A stretch of 64,000 bases of DNA. Source: Oopsacas minuta (lineage: Eukaryota > Animalia > Porifera). The notes below the pieces were generated by a model. The model searched no databases. It worked only from the letters and a program-made list of their open reading frames with translations, and was not told the DNA's origin. Each line of letters opens with the position of its first letter. Position 1 is the first letter of the stretch. Positions 20,576 through 32,700 of this stretch are shown piece after piece. The DNA lies in assembly GCA_024704765.1 (NCBI GenBank), contig JAKMXF010000343.1, positions 1-64,000 on the forward strand, in the 5' to 3' direction. The position numbers were made by a program, and so were the translations under genes.

Positions 20576-23500
20576 CTATATTGGAATGAAGAATAAGGCA
20601 ATTACTACTACAATAAGAATCAGCAAAATAACAATAACAATAAGCTCCTTTTTCTTTCCACTTAGCTCCAGTACTCTGTTCATTTTAGCAGATACAGAGC
20701 CTAAACGGGAGTGAGTGTTAACTAGATCTGTGTGTAGGTCGTCTAGCATTTCATTGTGATCATCTAGCTCGTCTCCGATAGCGTATGATACATCTTTCAA
20801 CACACCGACACCTAGATAAGAGATAACATACGTCAGCTCATCCGCTTATACCGAAGTCTTAAATTAGGAATTATCGCAGCCCCTTTAGCTTCGATATGAC
20901 AGGAATTGACTGTAATGCCTCGAATAGTCCCCGGTGTTTGTGAATTTTAGCACCCTTGGAACATATTTATAATCACATACTCATACCATGAATCATAGCA
21001 TTGTATACATGAACATATTCACCAAATCCCCTAACGTGCTTCTGTCACGTTTAAAGATAAGTTATGTCCCAGTTTCTATGGTTACCTCGTTGGCATTTGG
21101 CTACACCCCTCAGCGAGGGAGGACCTTATGGGATCAAAATGTGTTTACCTCTTGATATCGCCTCTAGTTGATGGTCTTGTGATTTAATCATTTGCTCTTG
21201 CCTCTGTTTATTCGAGTCTATATAAATCTGATTTTGCTTTTCCATATCTGCTTCAAGTTTAGCGTAACGACTATCACTTACAGAAGAGGTTCTCTTCTCT
21301 TCTGCTCGCTTCTCTTCAAAGCCCACCATTAAGTCACGGATAGTCTACACCATTATATCAATTAATCTCGAGGTATAATGATCATGGAAATTGTGTTCCA
21401 AATAAAATTCTCGATGGCAACACAGGAATGCAGTATAGTATAAGAATTATTGTTTGTGTTGTTATTGAGCTAAATATACATTCAGAAAATTGCTATTTGT
21501 TATTATGAAGTTTTCCAAATATCTTAAAATGTGGCAAATGTGTCGACCTATCCGATTTAAGTGTCATGATTCACGAAGCTACCGATATACGTGATGAGAT
21601 CAGGCCACTGTTAGTTAGAAACTTGTTTAAGCTCCACCGCCCGCATCAAGTTTACCTGCATGAATATTGTCATTATTTCACCATTTTATCTGTGAAATTC
21701 AACTACACAATATATTTACTAACTAACGCTAGGGCGTAACTAGCATTGAGACAGAGGAGGCAGTTACATCATCTCCCAATTGTAATCGCCATTATATTGA
21801 GACAAATATCCATCCTTACCTCCTCGCTCTGGTATCTCTAGTTACGCCCCAGCAACGGATGAATAGTAGTGATTTATCTTCACAGACCGCCTTTAACAAG
21901 CTTAATTAACATATTTAAAAAGTAGAGTCATTGACATTACCATGAATGCCGTCCCCTCGCATGTTTAGATGGACATCGTGTAACAATGGTTATACAAGAG
22001 CTGCTGAAGGGTGCCCGCAAAAAAATATCTAGGAGCGCTGGACGCTCATTCAGGCGCATGATTTTAACCTATTCCATGTTTAGGAGCGTAAAATCTTAAG
22101 AAAATTTGAGAGGAGGAGAGCTAGGAGGAACTCCGAATAACCTGTATAACTCAGTGGTGCCCGCATAGCGCAAATAGCGAAGCAGCTTGTCCTCATAAAT
22201 AGAGTTTGAATACTTTCTCAAGATGTTCAAAGTAATCGATAATTACTCTATTCTAATGCAATATCAGTAATTTTGCAGATGTTTGTAAGAATTATTAATT
22301 TCTTAGAAGATTAATAGCATGAGGTTAAAAGGTTAAAATAATCTGTCTGAACGAATAAACTATTACAGAATACGAGTAATAACTTTCAATCCCGTGAGAG
22401 AACTTCATAAATCTGCTTACAGACACAAATACAATTAATCTGTATTCTATTACACACGAGACTCTACCAGCTGTACGGTCTACTATCTCTTCTATAAGTA
22501 ATGCAATTTATCTACTCAACCAATTCTACACAAATAGCAAAACAAATTCAACAAATGGCTGCAAGATATCCAGGATTAGAAGCTCCTCTCGTCATGGACC
22601 CAACAGAGGCAAGTATTAACAACACATTCGACCGTCTGGTACTTTGTCTCAACGATAGACGAGTACAGCTCATCAATGAGTTCAAACAGAAACAGAAGGA
22701 CAGGCAAGCTGCAGAAACAGTTCGCATTAAGAGTCTAGAAGAGCTGTCCAACGCTAAAGCAAATCTCCAAGCAGAGATGAAGCAGAACCTGCTACACTCC
22801 ATGAGAGAGAACATGATGAAGGAAATCGAGACAAAGATTAAGCAACTGGAGGTGAATATGAAGGAAACAGAAGTGTTGTTTGACTGTAACGCTCAAAAGC
22901 TGGAGGAAGCTATCTCTGTGTTAGGAAAACTGGTAGAGAGGGAAATCATTTCAACTCCTAACTACCCCGCACTCCTACAGCCTTCAATATCAGTAGGGAA
23001 GAGATTCTGTGTTGAAGGTATAGCTTATGATGAAACATCTCAGCGTATCTACGTAGCAGATGGTAGTATCTGTGTATTCTCTATCACAGGAGAATACATT
23101 GATGAATTCTTTCTGGGACAGGTTAATATACCAACAGGTATAGCAATAAGTGGTGAGGATATTTATATCACTGACACAGGGCTACATTGCATATTCCGGT
23201 ATAAATTACCCAATTTCAATCTAATAACTAAAGTAGGAAAGAAAGGATCTGGTAAAAGAGAGTTCGATTTTCCTAATAGCATCACCATTGCTCCTAGCAA
23301 GGATGTATTTATTACAGATAGTAATAACAACAGAGTTGTTGTTATGACACCTCAACTGAAAGACAAACAATACATTACACATAGCACAATGACGAAACCA
23401 TCTGACCTAAAATTCCTTGACAATAAGGTTTACATTCTGAGCTCTACAGACAATCCGTGTCTACATGTATTCAATAGTACTGGTGAAAAGCTCCGATCAT

Positions 23501-24575
23501 TTATTTCATGTGGTAAACAGGGTAATGAACAAGTTAGAAATTGCTATTCATTCTGTTTCGATAAGAAACAGAATATTATCATGGGTGACTGTTATGCTGA
23601 AAACATAAAAGTATTCTCTCAGGAAGGATCTCTGTTACACACACTGGGAGATACTCAGGAAGAGGACAAGAGAATCACACCTTGGAGTATTGTAGTTACT
23701 AATGATAACAAAATTATTTGTACTTCTTTTGGTACTAAATTTGGATTACACATTTTCTGTTAATTATATCTATTAAAGCTCCCTAAATACCAATTGTATT
23801 CAATGGTTGTCAAGCAGGGAAGATTAAGTACAGGCTAAGCTACCGATATACATCATGTTATCTATTTTTATTGTTATACATGAGGTTTCCGAAGGGCGCT
23901 TTCTACTGACAAGAGGTGTTCACAAGCCGTGCAGCACTTCGCTTCGTGTCTATTATACATTCTCCAGTTAGATCTGGTCTTTGTACTTCGGACAAGGCAC
24001 ACACTCAGTTAATATAATTTGTTCCCCGAAGAGTACGTCTTATAGGAGTTCCACTGTATAATCGGATATCTGCTTCACTACTGAGACACCCACAAATCTG
24101 ATAAGGGGACACACTTGTCACCTTTTCTCAGAGAATTGTCTTAACAATTCTCTGAGAAAAGGTGTTAGAAATGTTCCTAGATTTATCACATCCCACACAT
24201 GCGAAATTGAAGTTCATAGCTCTTACCAGTTCTTCAATCATTTCAAACAAACAAACTAATAAATAATTGAGTTACCTTCACTCTACTTGCACTTTTTGAA
24301 ATAAAAACCTTCCTCCTATTCAACTCTCCAGGATCAACACGGTATCTCTCAGGATTACTCTCCACCACCTTAACCGTCTCATCCAAGTCCTCCAAGTCCC
24401 ACTCAATGCCCTTCAAGCGCTCTCTCAGCTGTTTTGTCACCTGTCCTAATTCCTGCACACTCCCTAGATACGGCTTGGAATGTATGTCAGTCCAACGTTG
24501 GAAAATATCTTCGGTCTCGACCAAGGATTTTGATACAGCGTCTCGTACCATAATGAATGGATCATTTTGTGACAT
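20576..24575 (-). CDS. STX6: Syntaxin-6-like Qc-SNARE. Exons 24276-24575, 21149-21344, 20576-20811
   Basis: N-terminal DPF...WDLEDLDETV.VVESNPERY domain, SNARE helix QDHQLEAIS.GVGVLKDVSYAIGDELDDH and C-terminal TM. Splice phases 0 and 1 join in frame at canonical GT/AG sites. Confidence 0.9.
21728..21851. mobile_element. Small MITE with a 16-bp TIR, in the STX6 intron
   Basis: gctagggcgtaactag ... ctagttacgccccagc (1 mismatch). Confidence 0.6.
22555..23763 (+). CDS. Coiled-coil + NHL beta-propeller protein, intronless, nested antisense in STX6 intron 1
   Basis: N-terminal coiled coil followed by NHL repeats (PTGIAISGEDIYITDTG, GKKGSGKREFDFPNSITI...DVFITDSNNNRV). It lies wholly within intron 21345-24275. 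Confidence 0.85.
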   Translation: MAARYPGLEAPLVMDPTEASINNTFDRLVLCLNDRRVQLINEFKQKQKDRQAAETVRIKSLEELSNAKANLQAEMKQNLLHSMRENMMKEIETKIKQLEVNMKETEVLFDCNAQKLEEAISVLGKLVEREIISTPNYPALLQPSISVGKRFCVEGIAYDETSQRIYVADGSICVFSITGEYIDEFFLGQVNIPTGIAISGEDIYITDTGLHCIFRYKLPNFNLITKVGKKGSGKREFDFPNSITIAPSKDVFITDSNNNRVVVMTPQLKDKQYITHSTMTKPSDLKFLDNKVYILSSTDNPCLHVFNSTGEKLRSFISCGKQGNEQVRNCYSFCFDKKQNIIMGDCYAENIKVFSQEGSLLHTLGDTQEEDKRITPWSIVVTNDNKIICTSFGTKFGLHIFC

Positions 24576-24611
24576 TCTAATTAGTACTAACAATATCGAT
24601 ACATAATACAT

Positions 24612-24790
24612 TACAGTCAACTCCTGTTATATCTAAGCTCAAGGGAGTTGAAGGGGCCGCGATAATTACTTAGATATGTCTGATGAAACATGTTACTTCG
24701 ACAGTTTGGGGCCATATTTGTATAATTTCAGGCTTCGGTGCAAGCGGATATTTCAATATATCCGTGTTAGACATAACCGGAGTTAACTGT
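24612..24790. mobile_element. MITE family A copy (Tc1/pogo-like, TA-CAGTCAACTCC...GGAGTTGACTG-TA ends), just upstream of STX6
   Basis: tacagtcaactcctgttatatctaagctcaaggg...gacataaccggagttaactgt. Confidence 0.8.
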
Positions 24791-24998
24791 GAATTCTGGA
24801 ATTTTGTACTTAAGGGACAAAGGGAGGCATTTCCCCGCCTAGATGGGCACTCTGGACTTAAATTCTATATCCAAGGATGCCTCCTTGACAACAGAAAATA
24901 TGTAACACCTTCAACTGATTATCATTAAAAAGCAACAACAATAATAATAATAGAATAATTCGAATTAATCAAACAGATTATTATTACTAAACAAATAT

Positions 24999-26786
24999 TT
25001 AAGTTTTGAAAACACCACGTGAAGCAGCACGTGTTATAAAGTGGACAATGATGTCACGATCTAATTGTGCAAATGCATCGGTTGCAACTACATCCGTCAT
25101 ATGATTCATCGCGAAGCGAAAACAAAACTCTTCCAAACTTTCTGCCTTATATTTCAAAGCAACCGAAAGAATCATTGAAACATTTTCACGTGTAATACCT
25201 TTCTTAATGATATCCTCACAAATACGTTTCAACTTCATTTCACAATAGCAGTTCCCGAGATCTAATAATCCTATCGCGTCATCAGGCGATAGCTCCACTG
25301 TATCCGTGTATAAATATCTGAGGAACGCGTAATAGACCGTATAACTAAAATCGTTAATTTCAATTGTCTTTTTCTCAGATTCATCCCAATGCTGACTGAA
25401 CATGGTCCTGAAATGTGTGCACATTATTCGAAGAATTGATCGATGGACATATACCGGTTTGCCTTCAATGACGAATGTTATGTCTGAACAATCCTTATCA
25501 TTGAAAGAGGTAGCGATTGATTCACGCACGCCTGAATCCGTTTCCGGACGAACTGTTAAAGTCCGCCACATTGAAGGGGGTGTGGCAAATGAGGCGAACA
25601 CATCATCGATATGTGTAAATCTGGTTTCAGCGGGTAACATAACACATTGTCCTCTGCATTGACCCCACATATATACCTTCCCATTTTGGGAGGTTGCAGC
25701 CGAAATATGTGAATAATGGTTTGCAGCGATCTCATTTATACGACCAACTTCTTTACCAATACGCTGGGGAGTTACCAAGTTGCTTTTCGATCCGTTACCT
25801 AGCTGTCCGTACGAATTAGCACCCCATGTAAATAAACATCCCGTATCAGTCAAAGCAAGAGCGTGCGCATACCCACAGACTATGTGTGTAACGACAAGAG
25901 TATTGAGAGAGAATACTTTGCATGGCGTGGGCTGATTCGTGTTACTTCCAATACCAAGTTGTCCATTACCGTTATAGCCCCATGCAAATAGTTCCCCTTC
26001 GTCTGTAAGTGCCATACTTGATGTTTGTCCACAGGCTATTTGCTTAGAATACTTGGAAAGTAAGTTAGCGCCAACTTTACGAGGTGTCTGTTGATTTGTA
26101 GTATTTCCTAGACAGAGTGTTTGTTTGTAAATATGAGAAATCAACAATAACAAATAGACCACGAACGACAGCAGGGAGTCCACTTGTGAAAAGGTTGGGA
26201 ACAGCTGATCAAGATAAAACCCAGAATTTAGTGAACTTACACAAATTTGATTGTAGAAAAGTAACACAAAATACACTCAATTACCTGAACCTATTTGACC
26301 GCAGTTATTATAGCCCCAGGCAAATACTTCTCCATCATTATTAAGAGCTAGGGAGTGATGACTTCCGCAAGCTATCTGGACGACTTTCATGCCGGTAAGG
26401 CCCGATACCCTGGTCGGTAAAACGGGTTGAGTAGACCCTGAGTGTCCAAGTTGTGAGTACCCATTATGCCCCCATGAATAGAGGTCTCCTGATTCTGTTA
26501 TAGCTAAGACATGTGGTCCCGTCCCGTATGCGAAATCTGTTACTTTTTTCTGGCACAGAACATCAACACGTCTGGGTTCAAGGCCGCTCTGCATATCGCC
26601 TAGTCCTAGACATGAACTGCAGTTACTACCGAGGGAGTATACGTCATCTTCTTGTGTAACAATCATTGCTTCATTGCCGGCACCTCCGAATACGCTGACT
26701 AACTTAATACTCTTTATAAAGAGAGGATCCAAAAGGGAAAATATCGGCCATTTATTGAGATTAGGATTCTGTGGGATTGTAGCCAT
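24999..26786 (-). CDS. RCBTB: RCC1 and BTB domain protein (RCBTB1/2-like). Exons 26285-26786 and 24999-26107
   Basis: RCC1 repeats (IACGSHHSLAL...VFAWGYNNCGQIG) and a C-terminal BTB (SDITFVIEGKPVYVHRSIL). A 177-bp phase-1 GT-AG intron joins the two ORFs. Confidence 0.92.
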
Positions 26787-26834
26787 GAAAAGCCAGTTTG
26801 TGATTTGGAAAGCTAGCAAAAAAGCGTGAAAATA

Positions 26835-26979
26835 TACAATTAACTCCAGTTATATCGAAGCTCAAGAGACCGTGATAATTACTGAGATATATGTTAGTTT
26901 GGGGGCCATATTCGTGCAAGACTTTGATATAAGCGGGTATTTGATATATCCGTGTTAGATATAACAGAAGTTGACTGTA
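26835..26979. mobile_element. MITE family A copy, just upstream of RCBTB
   Basis: tacaattaactccagttatatcgaagctcaagagaccgtgataatt...gatataacagaagttgactgta. Confidence 0.8.
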
Positions 26980-28310
26980 ATCTCAGGAAGATTTGCAATT
27001 TTTTGCTATATTTCTGAATATTTACAGGTGTAATATAACGAATAATGTCAAATTCAAGAAAATGGAATGAAAATCAAGGACAATTGGCAAGCATGCTACA
27101 CTCAATGAGGGTCCAAACAATATGTCTACAAATTTCTCATAATAGTGTGTAAATCGCACCTGTTTACAACTTTATAATCAGCAACAATATCTTGTATCCC
27201 TACAACAAACAAATGACATTAGAAGTACACTAAAGAAGAATTAGAAACCAAAATACACATTTATTTCATTTGAGGTTGTGCCACATGTTAGCAAGTTGGC
27301 TTTATTCAAAGTTATGGTAGTGTAGAACTTTAGAATTTGCTATGAAGAATTATCTCTAGCAGAACTGTTTTCATTGAATGTATCCTCCCACAGTGACGGT
27401 CCGTAGGGGAAGAGGCATTTGCCCCGGGACATGCTGGTACTGGGATCGCCCCAGACCCCCCCCCGTTTATAAATTATGGAATGAGAAAAATTTTCAGGAG
27501 TGCTCTTATATTCATCCCAAATCTAATTTTGTTGTCACTTTGCAAAAAATGTATAGGATGATGTTGATGCTATGGTCAAAATCCCACTAGTAAACAAATA
27601 AACAAACAAACAAACAAACAAATAAATACTCTCTCAAATTTGTGTAAATCTCGTTGATAAATTGTATATCTTCTCTGGATATAAGATTTCTTAAATTATC
27701 AACACGAGATTAGAATACAAAATATTGCACTCTGCAATGATTCTTTTCTAGTAAACACCTTTACAATGGCTTTTTGGAAAACTACAAAATTTTGTAAAAG
27801 TGTAACACAGGTTTATTCAAACTTACAGACTACAGTGTAATCTCCACAAACGGAGTGCCAGAAGGAATATTATTTGTATGGGAATAGGAAGCATTTTCTA
27901 TATTTTTCTCTCCGTTTAGACGTTTTCAGAGGCCTCGTTTATGAAGGTTACACTTCACTCTTAATAGGATCACCGGTTTATCGGGTCACTAGCCAGAGAA
28001 TCATGCAAACACCTCCAGTTAATCGGAGCCAAGCCTGGTGCAAAAGTTACCATATTAAGTGAGTCTTATAACAGACCTAAAAAGCTGTTAAGAATTAATC
28101 ACACCTCACACAATAGAAATTTAATTTCTAAGAACTGATTTAATAGCAAACAATGCAAAAGTATTAGGAAATAATATTGGGACTTCAAAGTCTGTTAAGT
28201 GAATGGCAATTTGAATACAGTAATTAGAATCCAATTTTTGTATTACATCTGTTTATCGAGTGCAGACTACTATTTAAATGTGTCCAAATTGAACCAAACA
28301 ATTCACAAAT

Positions 28311-29360
28311 ATGCTGTCCACATTGTGCATTGTTGTTTTAGCCTGTTTACAAGTTTTTTCAGCATCGCTTGTTGAAGAAATAAATCGAAACACTTTCCTA
28401 ACCCAAGGGCAAGATTGGGAAATTGAAAGCGGGTTAATTTTAGCGCCAACGACACAGGAAAATAATGTTTTAATCACAGTACTGCCTTTGGGGGATGGCG
28501 ACTCGACAATTATACAATGTCCCGATGGAGATGTTATCCTTATTGACATGGGGCAGGAGGCCTCATCACCTGGGTGGACAATATCAATGGTGCAATCATA
28601 TCTCCGTAACGTCGTCCATCGAATTACAACGGTGTTGGTTACCCACGCAGACGAGTCGCATTATAACTTCATAAGTACAGTCTTAGACCATTCGATCTCA
28701 CAAAACTTGGATAGAATAATTCTAAGCGGATATAGCCGGGATTACACAGATAGTGATTTCAATATTTGGGTAAACCAGCGTGCAAACATTGTTGAGTATG
28801 TTAACTACCAAATGCCGTGTATTACAGATTGTGTCTCACAACCACCTCTATGCAGGAATGCAAATGGTACGATTAAGTTCAAATATCTCGGTGCTAATCT
28901 AGGGAATAGTCGGTACGGACGTGGCACGGTGCTTCTCTTGCAAACGGTGTCACAAAGTGTATTTTTCCCGGGAGATTCTGAAGGTCTGGATATAGAATCT
29001 TTGATGGTGGAAGATTGGCAACGAGTAGGTAAGAATATAACCGCCACACACATGAAACTATCCAGACACGGGTCAAAAGCATATTCAAATTCTGAGATAC
29101 TTATCAAAGCAGTCGCGCCACAGATCGCATTCTCATCCAACGCATACCCTACTACGCCATTTTTCACACCTAGTTGTGGGGTAATCGATAGACTACTGAG
29201 TGTCGGATCTATCACCAAACGAAGCCACTCAATGTCCTACGCATGTGGCGACGAAGATGTCGGTAAAGTCAAACAGTACTCTAATTGGCCGTATGAGATA
29301 TACACTACATCTCCTTCACAGTACCAGTGGCAGTTGTTGACATTCAAACTAAATATATAA
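28311..29360 (+). CDS. Secreted ComEC/Rec2-like metallo-beta-lactamase-fold hydrolase, intronless
   Basis: Signal peptide MLSTLCIVVLACLQVFSA. Motifs LPLGDGDSTIIQCPDG, ILIDMG, VTHADESHY, FFPGDSE, MKLSRHGS and AVAPQIAFSS follow the ComEC C-terminal MBL motif order (GQGD / IDxG / THxHxDH / TGD / HHGS / P..A.IS). Confidence 0.75.
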   Translation: MLSTLCIVVLACLQVFSASLVEEINRNTFLTQGQDWEIESGLILAPTTQENNVLITVLPLGDGDSTIIQCPDGDVILIDMGQEASSPGWTISMVQSYLRNVVHRITTVLVTHADESHYNFISTVLDHSISQNLDRIILSGYSRDYTDSDFNIWVNQRANIVEYVNYQMPCITDCVSQPPLCRNANGTIKFKYLGANLGNSRYGRGTVLLLQTVSQSVFFPGDSEGLDIESLMVEDWQRVGKNITATHMKLSRHGSKAYSNSEILIKAVAPQIAFSSNAYPTTPFFTPSCGVIDRLLSVGSITKRSHSMSYACGDEDVGKVKQYSNWPYEIYTTSPSQYQWQLLTFKLNI

Positions 29361-29787
29361 GTGTGAATTGTTATGTATGTTTATATGTGATACTATTTGT
29401 GATTCTAATACATTCAAATCAATTAATATATTATGGAACTTTGTGAAAAGGGCAAAAATGCTAACTGCTAGAGCGTCTCGCTTTCTCGGGCATAGAACAG
29501 CTATAGTCAACTCCTGTCATATTGAAGCTGTAAGGACCGTATTTGTACAATTCAGACTTCGATATAACGGGCGTTTACTGTGATTTGTTTAATCTGGCTT
29601 TAGCAACGTCGTCCTATTTCGTCCTCAAGACGAAAGATAGAATATTCTTAAATATAGAAAACTATAATATCATAATTATTGACATACAAACACTTAGTAG
29701 AAAGTATAGATATGTAAGTGTGTGTATCCCAAAGGAGTGATACGATTACAACTAAAAAGCTAATCTAAAATAGCTAACAATATACAA

Positions 29788-32700
29788 TCACTTGAAATAA
29801 TTCAAACTGTCCAGTTTGTCTGATTTAATACGAGTCTCCGGGTCGAATTCAAGCATAGCTTCAACGCCTTGCAGCGCGGCCACGGGGGCTGTCGGAATAA
29901 ACTGATGTAGAGGCAGGCAGGCGTTGTTCCTAAACTGGTCATATTGAACCGGAGAGTCAGATGACCATTTATGCCGGGGGGGCAAACCAATACGAGAGAT
30001 TATCAAGCTCAATTGTGTGATTTCAGAAGTTCCCTCGAAAAATGGGAATTTATTGTAAAGCTCTGCGAAAATACAGCCTAGGCTCCAAACGTCAACAGCA
30101 AAATCGTACGCACAGTTCATTAGAATTTCAGGCGCACGGTACCACAGAGTAACAACGTGAGGTGTCAAAAGTTTCAAATATTTGTAATGTTTCGCCATTC
30201 CAAAATCAGCGATTTTCACAACACCGTTATGAGAGATTAGAATATTGGCCGGTTTAAGATCACGATGCATAATACGGAGCACCCAATTTAGATGCCCGAT
30301 TGCAGCTGATAATTGTACCATTATCGATTTGATCTTTTGTTCCACTAGCAAATGAGGGGACTTTTCTATATACACTTTCAAATCCTGGTCAATGAATTCC
30401 GTAACTAGATGCAGAAGTGGAAAACCACAAGGACCATTTTCTGTTTGTATCACTTCAATACTCTCGAGTAGTCCAGGATGAGACTTGAATTGGAAAGTTC
30501 TAATTTCACGGTATGTATGTTGAGGAATGCCTCTATAAGGCTCGTGATTTACAAATGTTTTTATTGCAACGTATCTTTGGCAATCAGGGTCCCAAGCTTT
30601 CTGAACGTGACCGTAAGTCCCGGACCCTATTTGGTCGGTTATCCGGTATTTACCTAAATACTCATGTTGTTGATTAGTTTGTCGTTGTTGACGGTGTGTA
30701 ACTATAGGAGGGAATTCTGGTACTTGAGAAGAAATGATCTCATGGCAATGATATTTCGAAAAAAGATTGATGCTTGAGAGTTTTTCAGAGGAAATAGGAT
30801 CAAGGAATTTCTTGTCAGGCTCTTTCTCTGGGGTGTGATAAAGTAGAGATTCTTCAGAGCTACTGCGACTTCCAGAACTGACTGAAGTACAAGAACGGGG
30901 TAGGAGAGGATAATTTGAAGTGATTCGGGTTGTGGAGACATCGGAAAATGACATCATAGGTCCGTCGTTCAAAGAGGGTAAGTCTTCGAGTGAGTGGTAG
31001 ATTGATGCCTGCGACAGAGGGAATACTTTATCTTCAGCAGGGGAAGTGGATAATACATCAGAACTAATTGTATCATTTGGTTCTGGTTTGGCGGGAGTTG
31101 AGCTGCTGAATGGAGAATTAGGAAATATAGACGGGAAACTGATTGGAAGGTTATCTTCAAGATTATAAGAGGCCAGTTCTGTCTGTGACTGGGATGTTTG
31201 GAATGCGAGTGGCGTCTCGAGGGACGATCCTATACGAGGGAGAGGTGTCAGAGGTCGTTTGAAAGATTGCGTCGATTTCGGCGAGAAAAAGGGGCTTTTG
31301 TTTAGTATACTCGGGGATTTAGAAGGTAGTCGGTATGGATGTGTTTGAGTACAGCGTGATGTGATTAACTTTGAGCGACGGGGCGGGATGGGAAAGAACG
31401 AATGGGTAGTGATAGTCTCTGGGGCGCTAGTCTGTCTTGAATGTTGTGCATCTAATCGGAGATCTGTCGCAGCGGAGAAAATCAATTTTGAATCGTTCGG
31501 AGAGGTACATGAGGATCTGTATGAATCGAATTGAGAAGAATCTGGTGATAGGATGTCTGAGAAAATACCGGAGTCTTGAGACGAGAGAGAGTTTATTCTG
31601 TTACGATATTTGTAAGAAGTTGGACCTGGAATGAAATTTGGAAAATGTTGGATCTCAATTTGTAGAAGTGTTAGAAAAATGTATACAGTAAACTCCAGGT
31701 ATAACCAACAGGATATACACAAGCTGACAGTGAATAATGTGGCCAAGGAAGGTTAACCTCCTCCAAAATCAGCTGAAAAATATTTTGTTATAAAGTAACA
31801 CCTCAGCAATGCGTCTGTCACACCTCTGACATATTCCGCATTATGTAATAACAACAACAAACTTCAAAGAAATTCGTAGATACTTCGTTGGAAATTCCAG
31901 TTCCATTTACAAATAAACAAATTGTAGGAAAGATGACTTGTATCAATAATGTGTATGTCATGTAATTATTATTGTCGTAGCGTGTGATATTAATAGTTCC
32001 TTGTCGTAATCGATCATTCAAAATATGATTACACCCCTCGTCGGGAAACATAAATTAGCACGTGTTAACCGAGTGTACGTCTTGAATAACTTGCTAATAG
32101 GCGAATAGTACAGTATTTCACGCGATGGACCTGAATTTTTATACACTATGCACTTTAAAGTTGGTCCGCTTGAAACTTGACTGACAGGATCATCTCCTAT
32201 CCAATGGACCTAGTGGGACACATACAGGCAAACTGTGAGAACATATAATACAGCAACCTCACGTTTTAACGAAGTTATTCTTTACCACCGTAGGAGACGA
32301 TCCGGTTTGTCAACCTGACAAATAGAAAACTGCCTGCTACGGGCCTGCCCTATATTGATTTTACTCCACTTATAGCGAAACGAAACCGCGGAATTTAGCG
32401 AATTGCGTAGATACAATAAAGTAGAATGGAATGCAAGATGTTACAATAGATGTATTGTTGAAATGAAATGAATAACTAATATTAACACCTGAACTAATTA
32501 TATGGAATTTTATGAAATAATGGGATATAATTAGATCTAGTGCTACGCGGTTAGTAATTCCTTTTCAAATATTCGTTGTCAAGATATTGAAAAATGAGTT
32601 CAATAATATATTCTGTTGATTTGAAATTCGGAAACACTACGAATACTAGTTTTCCCTCTTGGTTGGTTACAAAAATGACACAACCGATGAATCAACACCT

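Noticed and set aside
26108-26284. Apparent frameshift splitting RCBTB into two ORFs
   Set aside because: A canonical 177-bp phase-1 GT-AG intron restores the frame.
31626-31746. Hydrophobic 'MATLFTVSLC…' N-terminus suggesting a membrane-anchored CDK
   Set aside because: The ORF starts at TTG, and a phase-compatible acceptor at 31626 joins a good upstream exon. The hydrophobic stretch is most likely intronic.
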